From positions 9,027-73,026 of the forward strand of contig JAZDIV010000043.1 of the NCBI GenBank assembly GCA_043804695.1: DNA of 64,000 nucleotides. Direction: 5' to 3'. The stretch comes from PVC group bacterium. GTDB taxonomy: Bacteria; Auribacterota; Erginobacteria; Erginobacterales; Erginobacteraceae. The first letter of the stretch is position 1, and every line of letters begins with the position of its first letter. The notes under the pieces are model-generated. The model was not told where the DNA came from. It did not search any database and saw only the letters and a list, made by a program, of their open reading frames with translations. This document shows positions 35,374-42,707 of this stretch, piece after piece. A program made the position numbers and the translations under genes.

Positions 35374-37542
35374 TCATGACGGCGAAGGATCCGGGTCCCG
35401 AGGGGCCGACCTCGTCCGGAAAACCCAGATATCGCCGTTCACCTCTCCGTACCGGCCCAACGCCCGCACCCGCCAGAGATAGGTGGTCCCCGGGGAGAGC
35501 CTCTTTACCGGCCGGGCGCGACTTTTCTCCAGCCCGGCCAGTGTCGGATAGTCGGGCTCTTCTTCCCCGACTTTCCAGAGGAAGAAATCATACGAGGTGG
35601 CGGCGTTGCAGTCAGCCCAGTCGAAAAGATGGTCATCCGGGGGGACTCCGGATTCCCGGTTCCCCGGTGATGGTGAAGACGGCTTCGTCACCAGGTTCCG
35701 GTTCATCCCTTCCCAGATCACATTGCCTTCCGGTCCCCGGCCTTCATACTGGTAGAGGCGGATCAGTGTCTGACAGAAGTAGGGGGCATGGGGATTGTAG
35801 CCGAATGTTTTTACGCCCCGTTCCAGGAGGGCCCGGGCCCGGTCCAGGTCCTGCCGATGGAGGGCGATCTCGGCCAGGTAGGTCAGGCTGGTCCGGTCGC
35901 CGGGATGAAGATCCAGTGCCCGGCGGGCAAATTTCTCCGCGATGTCGTAATCTTTCAAGCTCATGGCCAGCTCCGCGAACTGGTAACAGGAGATGTGCCT
36001 CATGTTGGCGTCGAAGAGCATCGTCGGGAGCACCCGGTCGGCCAACCAGTTAAACCGGTTCTGGACCCGGAGCCGGTCGTACAGTCCCTCTTTCCGGACG
36101 TATTCCCGGGTCGGGGCGGCGTAGCGATCCGGGTTATCGAGTACTTCCTGATACGCGAGAACTTTCATTATCTCTTCGCGTTCCTTCCGCAGCTCCCGGT
36201 CCCCCCGGATCGTATATCCGACCGCCGCCGCGAAGAGAAAAAGCCACAGGGCGGCCAGGTAATTGAGCCCCCGCGCCGCCGGAGCCGGGAACCGGATCCG
36301 CAGTACCGGCCTCGCCGTCGGAAGACTGTTGAGGAGGGCAGCCACGCCGGCCAGCCAGATCTGGGTACTGACCTTTTCCGATGTGAACGTGGTGAACTGC
36401 ATGACGGTAATACCGACCACGGACGCCCCGGCCGCCAGGATCACCCCCCTCCCCCTTCCTTTCCAGGCCAGCCGGAGAAGGAGGAAGAAGGTCAGCGCAA
36501 AGAGCAGTGCTCCCGGAATCCCGAGGTCGACATACGCCTGCAGATAATCATTGTGAACCTCCCAGTTCAGAGTATTGACTTTATCCTGGAGGAGACGGGG
36601 GGTGGAGACGATGGGGAAGTTGCCGAAACCGGCGCCGAGTAGGGGATCGGTAATCCCGAGACAGGGGCGCCAGTAAAAGAACCGCTGCTGGGGGTTGAGA
36701 AGAGTCCCGGCCGCCTGGGCAAAGCTGAGTTTGCCCTTGAAGGTACTCTCCCCTCCGATCGGAAGACCGACCGAATAAGCGATCAGGAGGGAGGCGAAAA
36801 CCGGCACGACCAGGACGGCCAGCTTTTTTTTATGGACAAGCATCATGCGGTATCCGCCGGCGGCAAGATAGATCAGCCCGGCCAGCAGACCGACCCAGGC
36901 TCCCCGGGTCTTGGCCAGAAGGAGAAAAGTAACGCTGAAGATAATGGCGAGGAAAGGGATGGCGGCGCCCGGTCCCTTCCGCCGGAGAAAATACCCGAGA
37001 AGAAAGGGAAACGTCACCATCAGGTACATGCAGGCGTAATTCCGCGACCCCAGCGTGGCCCGGGGAACCGCCGTTCCGGGCAGTCCGTTGATAACGGGGA
37101 AAGCGGGGAAAAAATACTGCAGGATCCCGATCGCCGACACCAGGCCGGCCAGAATGCAGAAAGCCGTCCAGAATATTTCAGAATTCCAGAAGCGCGTCCT
37201 GCGTGCCAGCAGGTACGCCAGGGTGGGTAGCAGGAGCGCCAGCCAGCGTTCAAACCCGACCCGGGGAGAGGGGGCCCAAATGAGTGAGAGAAGCGCCCAT
37301 CCCAGATACGCCAGCCAGACCGCCCCCAGGAGGGTGAGGTTGAAGATGTTAGGCATCCGCGGCGGCAGCAGGGCCAGGCCGATTCCGACCGTCACCGCCG
37401 CCCAGAAAGCTTTGGGCAGGTAATTCCCCGACATCATGTCCGGAAGACAGGCCAGAACGACGAGCGAAACCAACAGCCAGATTACCGCGCCCGGGAGAGA
37501 TGAGGAAGATGCCGATGATGGCTTTCTATCCAGCATTGACAT
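35374..37542 (-). CDS. Wzy_C-type (O-antigen ligase/polymerase-like) membrane protein fused to TPR repeats and a C-terminal Fn3-like domain
   Basis: 722 aa. The pattern is LAKTRGAWVGLLAG...GAGFGNF...WEVHNDYLQAYVDLGIPGALLF (Wzy_C), followed by TPR-like ALDLHPGDRTSLTYLAEIALHRQDLDRARALLERGV. The C-terminus SYDFFLWKV...LSPGTTYLWRVRALGRYGEV...WVFRT is Fn3-like. Confidence 0.7.
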   Translation of the reverse strand: MSMLDRKPSSASSSSLPGAVIWLLVSLVVLACLPDMMSGNYLPKAFWAAVTVGIGLALLPPRMPNIFNLTLLGAVWLAYLGWALLSLIWAPSPRVGFERWLALLLPTLAYLLARRTRFWNSEIFWTAFCILAGLVSAIGILQYFFPAFPVINGLPGTAVPRATLGSRNYACMYLMVTFPFLLGYFLRRKGPGAAIPFLAIIFSVTFLLLAKTRGAWVGLLAGLIYLAAGGYRMMLVHKKKLAVLVVPVFASLLIAYSVGLPIGGESTFKGKLSFAQAAGTLLNPQQRFFYWRPCLGITDPLLGAGFGNFPIVSTPRLLQDKVNTLNWEVHNDYLQAYVDLGIPGALLFALTFFLLLRLAWKGRGRGVILAAGASVVGITVMQFTTFTSEKVSTQIWLAGVAALLNSLPTARPVLRIRFPAPAARGLNYLAALWLFLFAAAVGYTIRGDRELRKEREEIMKVLAYQEVLDNPDRYAAPTREYVRKEGLYDRLRVQNRFNWLADRVLPTMLFDANMRHISCYQFAELAMSLKDYDIAEKFARRALDLHPGDRTSLTYLAEIALHRQDLDRARALLERGVKTFGYNPHAPYFCQTLIRLYQYEGRGPEGNVIWEGMNRNLVTKPSSPSPGNRESGVPPDDHLFDWADCNAATSYDFFLWKVGEEEPDYPTLAGLEKSRARPVKRLSPGTTYLWRVRALGRYGEVNGDIWVFRTRSAPRDPDPSPS

Positions 37543-37568
37543 TTAGAGAGCTTTGTGCTCCACGCCAT

Positions 37569-37658
37569 CTTTAGGCACTTTAGGCACTTTAGGCACTTTA
37601 GGCACTTTAGGCACTTTAGGCACTTTAGGCACTTTAGGCACTTTAGGCACTTTAGGCA
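37569..37658. repeat. Perfect tandem repeat, 10 x 9 bp (CTTTAGGCA; minus sense TGCCTAAAG)
   Basis: Counted directly from the sequence. It fills about 75 percent of the 124-nt spacer between the wzz-like stop (37667) and the wzy-like ATG (37542). Confidence 0.95.
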
Positions 37659-37666
37659 CTTTCCAC

Positions 37667-39409
37667 CTATTCTTCCCTCACGAGTACGTTGAGAACCACC
37701 AACAGGCAGGCCAGGACAAAAGCCATCAACATGGCGATCAGGATTATCCGTGTCCGGGGCGGGCCAACCTTGACCGGATCGGTCTGCGCAGTATAGAGAA
37801 GAACCGTTCCGCTCCGGGAGACGTTCTCCATCGATACCCGGAGGAGCGCCACTTCTTCCGCTTTGGCGGCCAGGGAGGAATGGACCTGGGTCAGGTTCTC
37901 GATGTCACGCTTCTGCCGGGCCAGCTGGCTTTCGCTGGTGAAGACGATCTTCTCCAGCCCGGCGATTTCCCGCCCCACCTCGTCGAGCTTGGCTTTTTTC
38001 GCCGCCAGCTTGACCTCCATCCTGGCCAGTTCTTTTTCACTGGCTTCAAGCTCCTGACGATCCGTGTTGTAGGATTGTTCGTAATATGCCTGCAATGCCT
38101 GGTCCTTATTGACGGCGTTCTGGAGGTTTTTCCTTTGCGACTCCAGGGGGGCGATCTCCCGGGTCAGCTTGCTGACCTCGACCCGCAGGGTCTCCAGTTC
38201 CTGCTCCCCTTTGGAGATCTTGTTCTTCAGCCCGGTTATCTCGCCCGAGAGCCGGATCATTTCTTTCTGTGTCTCTTCATAAATCGGGTTGCTGCTCTCA
38301 GTCTTCATCAGCGGCAGCTGGCCGGTGTCCTTCAAGCCTCCCTGCAGGTAGGTTTCCCAGAGCTTGTCGTCCCCGATCGCCTTGCTGAGGACGATCTTAT
38401 CACTGATCTTTGACAGCTCCTCCTGGAGCTTGGCGTAGGTCGGCTCCAGGCTGAAAAGGCTGGTCCGGGCCTGGAGGGTCTCCCCGGAAATGTCCTCGAT
38501 CTGTTTCTTCTTGATCTTGACCATTATGTACTTGTGATTGAGCTGGCTTGTCTCGTCAAATTCAGCCAGCGTTTGTTCGTTGCTCCTCAAGCTCCGGATG
38601 GTCCGGGCTATCCGTCCGGCCAGGGCGGCTGAGTCCGGCAAGGTGTACCCGGGGTCCTCCGCGAGCTTCCGGGCGAACACCTCGCCGGACCAGGACCCCT
38701 CGATCTCCTGCCCGGTCACGTTTTCCCTCAGTTGCTTCAGAAGCGCCTTCCTGGTGACAACCTGTTCCTCCAGGGAAAGAACCTCCAGGGACAGTTCGGA
38801 ATACAGCTCCTCATTCTGTTCCAGCAACAGTTGTTTTACGGTCAGATCTGCTTTCAGCCTGGCCTCGGTGTACTGATCCTCGTTCTCGATCAGTGACTTG
38901 CTGACCTTCTCGAAGATGTTGGTGGTGAAAGTACCCAGATCATCGACACCGGCCTGATAAATGCCTTTCGTCTTCTGCAGCACAACTTGCGCCCAGCGGT
39001 TGGCCACGGCCATGGAGAGTTCCGGGTCGGAGGTAGTAGCATTCAACGTGACTATCGGCAGGAGCAGTCGGTCCCGGCTCTGGTCGTGCTTCACCGAGGT
39101 CGAGAGCATCTCCTGGAAACGGCGGAAGTCCATATCTTCCCTGATGATGCCATCCTTGACCAGGTCCTGGTATAGATCCCACTTCACCCGGGTGGACTCG
39201 ACCAGGGAGCGGAGGGTCTCGACGGTGAGCGGGGGGATCTCTCCCGTCAGCGTAACTTCAGGCCGCTGAACGCTGATCGCCGCGCTGGCGCTGTACTTGT
39301 TCGAAATCAGCAGCGTAATCGCCGCCGTCAACGCCCCGACCGCCAGGGTGATGATCAGAAGGCGTATCCTGTATTTGTGGAGTATCTTGATAATCCCGAT
39401 CTCATTCAT
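37667..39409 (-). CDS. Polysaccharide chain-length determinant (Wzz/PCP, GumC-like) with long coiled-coil periplasmic domain
   Basis: 580 aa. The N-terminus IRLLIITLAVGALTAAITLLISNKYSASAAISVQRPE is Wzz-domain-like. A long heptad-like middle is followed by a C-terminal TM segment, ILIAMLMAFVLACLLVVLNVLV. GGAGG lies 6 nt upstream of the ATG, and the start makes an ATGA overlap with the upstream stop. Confidence 0.8.
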   Translation of the reverse strand: MNEIGIIKILHKYRIRLLIITLAVGALTAAITLLISNKYSASAAISVQRPEVTLTGEIPPLTVETLRSLVESTRVKWDLYQDLVKDGIIREDMDFRRFQEMLSTSVKHDQSRDRLLLPIVTLNATTSDPELSMAVANRWAQVVLQKTKGIYQAGVDDLGTFTTNIFEKVSKSLIENEDQYTEARLKADLTVKQLLLEQNEELYSELSLEVLSLEEQVVTRKALLKQLRENVTGQEIEGSWSGEVFARKLAEDPGYTLPDSAALAGRIARTIRSLRSNEQTLAEFDETSQLNHKYIMVKIKKKQIEDISGETLQARTSLFSLEPTYAKLQEELSKISDKIVLSKAIGDDKLWETYLQGGLKDTGQLPLMKTESSNPIYEETQKEMIRLSGEITGLKNKISKGEQELETLRVEVSKLTREIAPLESQRKNLQNAVNKDQALQAYYEQSYNTDRQELEASEKELARMEVKLAAKKAKLDEVGREIAGLEKIVFTSESQLARQKRDIENLTQVHSSLAAKAEEVALLRVSMENVSRSGTVLLYTAQTDPVKVGPPRTRIILIAMLMAFVLACLLVVLNVLVREE

Positions 39410-40398
39410 TTTAACCTCCGGTGTCGCGTCTTGACATTGGACATAATTTTAATTAAATCACTGACCTCTTGATCGAGCTTCTTGTCAGATTCTCTTTCTT
39501 CTTCGAAACGTTTAATCGCTTTTCCACAGGCGGTATATGTTATACCTCCCAAAACCTGCCCTAATTCATGTAAATTGCAGTCGGAATAGGTATACCCTAA
39601 ATAGAGAGCGACCTTTTTAGGGATGTTATTTCTTGTTCTTTGCAGGATCGTTTCTCTATCGATCCCGAAATAGTCCGCAACGGCTTCAATAATATCATCC
39701 AGCGTCGGCACCTTCAACAACTGACGATATGAGGGAATTTCAGAACTGATCTTCTTTCCATCCAAACCAGCGAGGGCTTCTTCGACAAATTCTTCACTAC
39801 CTAAAATAGTTCCGGCTTTTATTCCCTCAAATGGATTGTTGACAGAATTATCCCCCTCCACAAAATTCTTGTATAGTACAATAGCCACATTTCTGTCCCG
39901 GGAAAATGTATTTAGAATATCATCTCTCGAAATCCAGGTATCTCTATGAGTCAGGAAATCCCGGTAACTGCTCCAGGGGAACAACTGTGGTTTGCTGACC
40001 ATCCCCGCTCGAACGGGATTGAGATGGATATAGCGACTGACCACGAGAAGATATTGTTCCTTTTCGATCAGAATTCCTTTATACCGTCCCTGCAAAACAT
40101 GACCGATCCGTTTATGCCGGATATTGAAGTAATTCGTATAAGCCACATTGATAAAGTGCATGGACCTGGATAAATTTCCTAACGGGGTCTCCAGGAGCAG
40201 GTGGTAATGATTGGTCATAAAGATATAGCCATGGATCCGAATTCGGAATTTTAAAATTGCATTTTGTAAAATGGTTATAAGTCGACGTCGATCAGCATCT
40301 GCAAGGAAAATCGGTTGCGCCCCGTTTCCACGGGCCGTCACATGATAAAACGCTCCCGGAAATTCTATTCTTAGAGCTCTTCCCATGGCCTGTTTCAT
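39406..40398 (-). CDS. HUH/Y1 transposase of the IS200-like/REP-associated (RAYT-like) type with C-terminal DnaA-domain-IV-like HTH
   Basis: 330 aa. Motifs are GAFYHVTARGN, the HUH motif MTNHYHLLLE, the catalytic-Tyr region SRYIHLNPVRAGMV and C-terminal KKVALYLGYTYSDCNLHELGQVLGGITYTACGKAIKRFEE (Bac_DnaA_C-like). The gene is AT-rich relative to its neighbours and is flanked by inverted 25-nt repeats. Confidence 0.8.
   Translation of the reverse strand: MKQAMGRALRIEFPGAFYHVTARGNGAQPIFLADADRRRLITILQNAILKFRIRIHGYIFMTNHYHLLLETPLGNLSRSMHFINVAYTNYFNIRHKRIGHVLQGRYKGILIEKEQYLLVVSRYIHLNPVRAGMVSKPQLFPWSSYRDFLTHRDTWISRDDILNTFSRDRNVAIVLYKNFVEGDNSVNNPFEGIKAGTILGSEEFVEEALAGLDGKKISSEIPSYRQLLKVPTLDDIIEAVADYFGIDRETILQRTRNNIPKKVALYLGYTYSDCNLHELGQVLGGITYTACGKAIKRFEEERESDKKLDQEVSDLIKIMSNVKTRHRRLK
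39420..39444 (+). repeat. REP-like 25-mer GGTGTCGCGTCTTGACATTGGACAT (copy A, flanks RAYT-like gene)
   Basis: The match to copies at 40440, 44123, 44209, 45085 and 45162 is exact. It overlaps the last codons of the transposase ORF (MSNVKTRH). Confidence 0.9.
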
Positions 40399-40439
40399 TC
40401 TTTGATTAATTATTTATTAAGGCCATGGTATTAAATATT

Positions 40440-40464
40440 ATGTCCAATGTCAAGACGCGACACC
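40440..40464 (-). repeat. REP-like 25-mer (copy B, inverted, other flank of RAYT-like gene)
   Basis: atgtccaatgtcaagacgcgacacc is the exact reverse complement of copy A. It lies 42 nt upstream of the transposase ATG. Confidence 0.9.
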
Positions 40465-40473
40465 TATTTTAAA

Positions 40474-40501
40474 TTGACAAGGGAAGCGCCGGGGTTATAG
40501 T
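40474..40501 (+). promoter_or_regulatory. Sigma70-like promoter candidate for the GT2-aminotransferase-radical SAM operon
   Basis: TTGACA (40474..40479), a 16-nt spacer, then TATAGT (40496..40501). The ATG at 40513 implies a very short leader. Confidence 0.4.
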
Positions 40502-40512
40502 CTTCCGGCATT

Positions 40513-41229
40513 ATGCCGAAGCCGATTTCCATAGTGCTCCCTACCTATAACGAGAAGGATACTATCGAACTGCTGGTCAGGGAAATCGCCGCCAGAATCT
40601 CCGACGAATCGGAGATCATTGTGGTGGATGACAACTCGCCCGACGGGACCGGCGATATCGTCGCCGCACTCGGCCGGGACGATCCCCGGATCACGCTTCT
40701 CCGGAGAAAAGAACGGGGTCTGACTTCCGCCCTCCGGGCCGGGATCGAGAAGGCCCGGCACCAAACCGTCATCTGGCTGGACGCCGACTTCGCCCATCCC
40801 CCCGAGACCATCCCCGACCTGATCGCCGCCGACGAAAGCTATGACATCGTGGTCGCCTCCCGTTATGTTCCGGGCGGGCACGACGGGAGAAAAGCCCCCC
40901 TCCGGCGCTGGGCCAGTCTGGCTCTGAACCGGGTCGGAGGCTTCTGGGTCGGCTCCAAGGTCCGAGACTTAAGCAGCGGCTTTGTCCGGGCCCGCAAAAC
41001 CGTCCTCGCCGCCCTCCCCTTCCAGGGGACCTACGGCGACTACTGCATCACTTTTTTGGTTCGGGCGGAGCGGAAGGGTTGCCGGATCGCCGAGATCCCC
41101 TATATCAACTCGGAACGGGAGCGGGGCTACTCGAAGACCGGCTCAAACCCCTTGATCTTCCTCCGTTATGTACTATTATATCTGAAGACCATCTTCAAAC
41201 TAAGGAATGACCGCGGTGAAAAGATTTGA
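40513..41229 (+). CDS. GT2 polyprenyl-phosphate glycosyltransferase (DPM1/Ppm1/ArnC-like)
   Basis: 238 aa. The sequence is ISIVLPTYNEKDTIELLVREI...IIVVDDNSPDGTGDIVAAL...RKERGLTSALRAGIEKARHQTVIWLDADFAHPPE. Confidence 0.85.
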   Translation: MPKPISIVLPTYNEKDTIELLVREIAARISDESEIIVVDDNSPDGTGDIVAALGRDDPRITLLRRKERGLTSALRAGIEKARHQTVIWLDADFAHPPETIPDLIAADESYDIVVASRYVPGGHDGRKAPLRRWASLALNRVGGFWVGSKVRDLSSGFVRARKTVLAALPFQGTYGDYCITFLVRAERKGCRIAEIPYINSERERGYSKTGSNPLIFLRYVLLYLKTIFKLRNDRGEKI

Positions 41230-42406
41230 CGAAGCGCAAAGCCGGGAAGCCCTCCGCCGGGCGTCCCAGATGGCCGGCCCCGAGCCGGTCACCCCGGACG
41301 GGGTGGAGATCATCCCCGTCTGCCAGCCGACCCTGGAGGGGAATGAAAGAAAGTACGTCATCCAGTGCATGGACACGAACTGGATTTCCTCCCGGGGCCG
41401 GTTCGTCGACGAGTTCGAGGAAAAATTCGCCCGCTACTGCGGAGTCCGATTCGGGATCACCACCAACAGCGGCACCACCGCATTGCACCTCGCCCTGGCG
41501 ACGATGGGGATCAAGGAGGGGGACGAGGTGATCATCCCCTCCTTCACGATGATCTCGACCGCCAACGCCATCGCCTACCTCGACGCCGAGCCGGTGGTGG
41601 TCGATGTCGAGCCGCGGACCTGGAACATCGACCCCGACCAAATCGAAGAGAAGATCACCGAAAAGACCCGGGCCATCATCCCCATACATACCTACGGACA
41701 TCCGGCCGATATGGACCGCCTCCAGGAAATCGCCGACAAGCACGGGCTGGCTATTGTCGAGGACGCCGCCGAGGCTCATGGCGCCGAGTACAAGGGGCGC
41801 CGAGTCGGGAGCTTCGGCCAGATGGCGTCCTTCAGCTTTTACGCCAACAAGATCATCACCACCGGCGAGGGGGGGATGATCGTCACCGACGATCCAGAAC
41901 GGGCGGCCCTTCTTCAGACCATGCGCAACTACGGGTTCACCCAGGAGAGGCATTTCTGGCACAAGGTGATGGGTTTCAGCTACCGGATGACCAACCTCCA
42001 GGCGGCGATCGGGCTCGGCCAGTTCGAGCGGATCGACCAGCTCCTGGGAGCGCGCCGGGAGAACGCCCGGCTCTATAACGAGCTGCTGAAAAACGTCCCC
42101 GGGATAACCACCCCCCCGGAGTCCGAAGACGTCAAGTCAGTTTACTGGATGTACGGGGTGCTGGTGGAAGACAATTTCGGCATCTCCAAGGATCAGCTCC
42201 GTCAGAAGCTGGCCGACCACGGCATCGAGACCCGTTCCTTCTTCATCCCCATCCACCTCCAGCCGATCTACTCCTACCTCATCAGCGATGACTACCCGGT
42301 CTCGGAAGAACTGGGGCGGAAAGGATTCTACCTCCCTTCCGCCAGCAGCCTTCAGCCCCACCAGATCGAGTTTATCGTCAACATCATCCGCAACGCGCGG
42401 CCGTAA
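41207..42406 (+). CDS. DegT/DnrJ/EryC1/StrS-family sugar aminotransferase (PLP-dependent)
   Basis: Motifs are QPTLEGNERKYVIQCMDTNWISSRGRFVDEFEEKF, NSGTTALHLAL and SFYANKIITTGEGGMIVTDD (PLP lysine region). The start is either ATG 41207 (23-nt overlap with the GT2 gene) or ATG 41270. Confidence 0.85.
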   Translation: MTAVKRFDEAQSREALRRASQMAGPEPVTPDGVEIIPVCQPTLEGNERKYVIQCMDTNWISSRGRFVDEFEEKFARYCGVRFGITTNSGTTALHLALATMGIKEGDEVIIPSFTMISTANAIAYLDAEPVVVDVEPRTWNIDPDQIEEKITEKTRAIIPIHTYGHPADMDRLQEIADKHGLAIVEDAAEAHGAEYKGRRVGSFGQMASFSFYANKIITTGEGGMIVTDDPERAALLQTMRNYGFTQERHFWHKVMGFSYRMTNLQAAIGLGQFERIDQLLGARRENARLYNELLKNVPGITTPPESEDVKSVYWMYGVLVEDNFGISKDQLRQKLADHGIETRSFFIPIHLQPIYSYLISDDYPVSEELGRKGFYLPSASSLQPHQIEFIVNIIRNARP

Positions 42407-42414
42407 CCCCCTCC

Positions 42415-42625
42415 GGATTCAGACAGGATTAACCCGATTTATTCATAAATCGGGTTAGTTTTGAACAATGCCAGAGATAGCGTGGATAGTAATTATTTAT
42501 TGATCGTATTATACTCTGGTCCAGGCACTTGTTAATTTCAATCTGATATTATTTGCATCATTGCCCGTAGAATTAAAGCGTCGGCTGATCGGGGAGGGAA
42601 AAACAGAGTGCTGCAGGCTCCTGAA
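42415..42625 (-). repeat. Copy 2 of the ~215-bp dispersed repeat (inverted relative to 2459..2690)
   Basis: See copy 1. The hairpin here is the shorter aacccgatttat-tc-ataaatcgggtt (42431..42456). TATAAT is on the minus strand at 42513..42508. Confidence 0.85.
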
Positions 42626-42652
42626 TTCTGGCTCCTGAGTAATTACTATTAT

Positions 42653-42703
42653 TGTAGTTGTGTAGTTGTAGTTGTAAAATCCTGCAAATCCTGTAATCCT
42701 GTC
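42653..42703. repeat. Two adjacent micro-tandem arrays (TGTAGT-type x~3.5, then (A)AATCCTGY x3) forming the 5' leader of the radical SAM gene
   Basis: The sequence is ttgtagttgtgtagttgtagttgta followed by aaatcctgc aaatcctgt aatcctgtc, ending 4 nt before ATG 42708. No Shine-Dalgarno-like purine run is present. Confidence 0.8.
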
Positions 42704-42707
42704 TGAT

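Noticed and set aside
37553-38413. 286-aa plus-strand ORF beginning ...SLGTLGTLGTLGT...
   Set aside because: Its N-terminus is just the translation of the 9-bp tandem repeat, and the rest is antisense to the well-supported wzz-like gene. It has no start context or recognisable domain.
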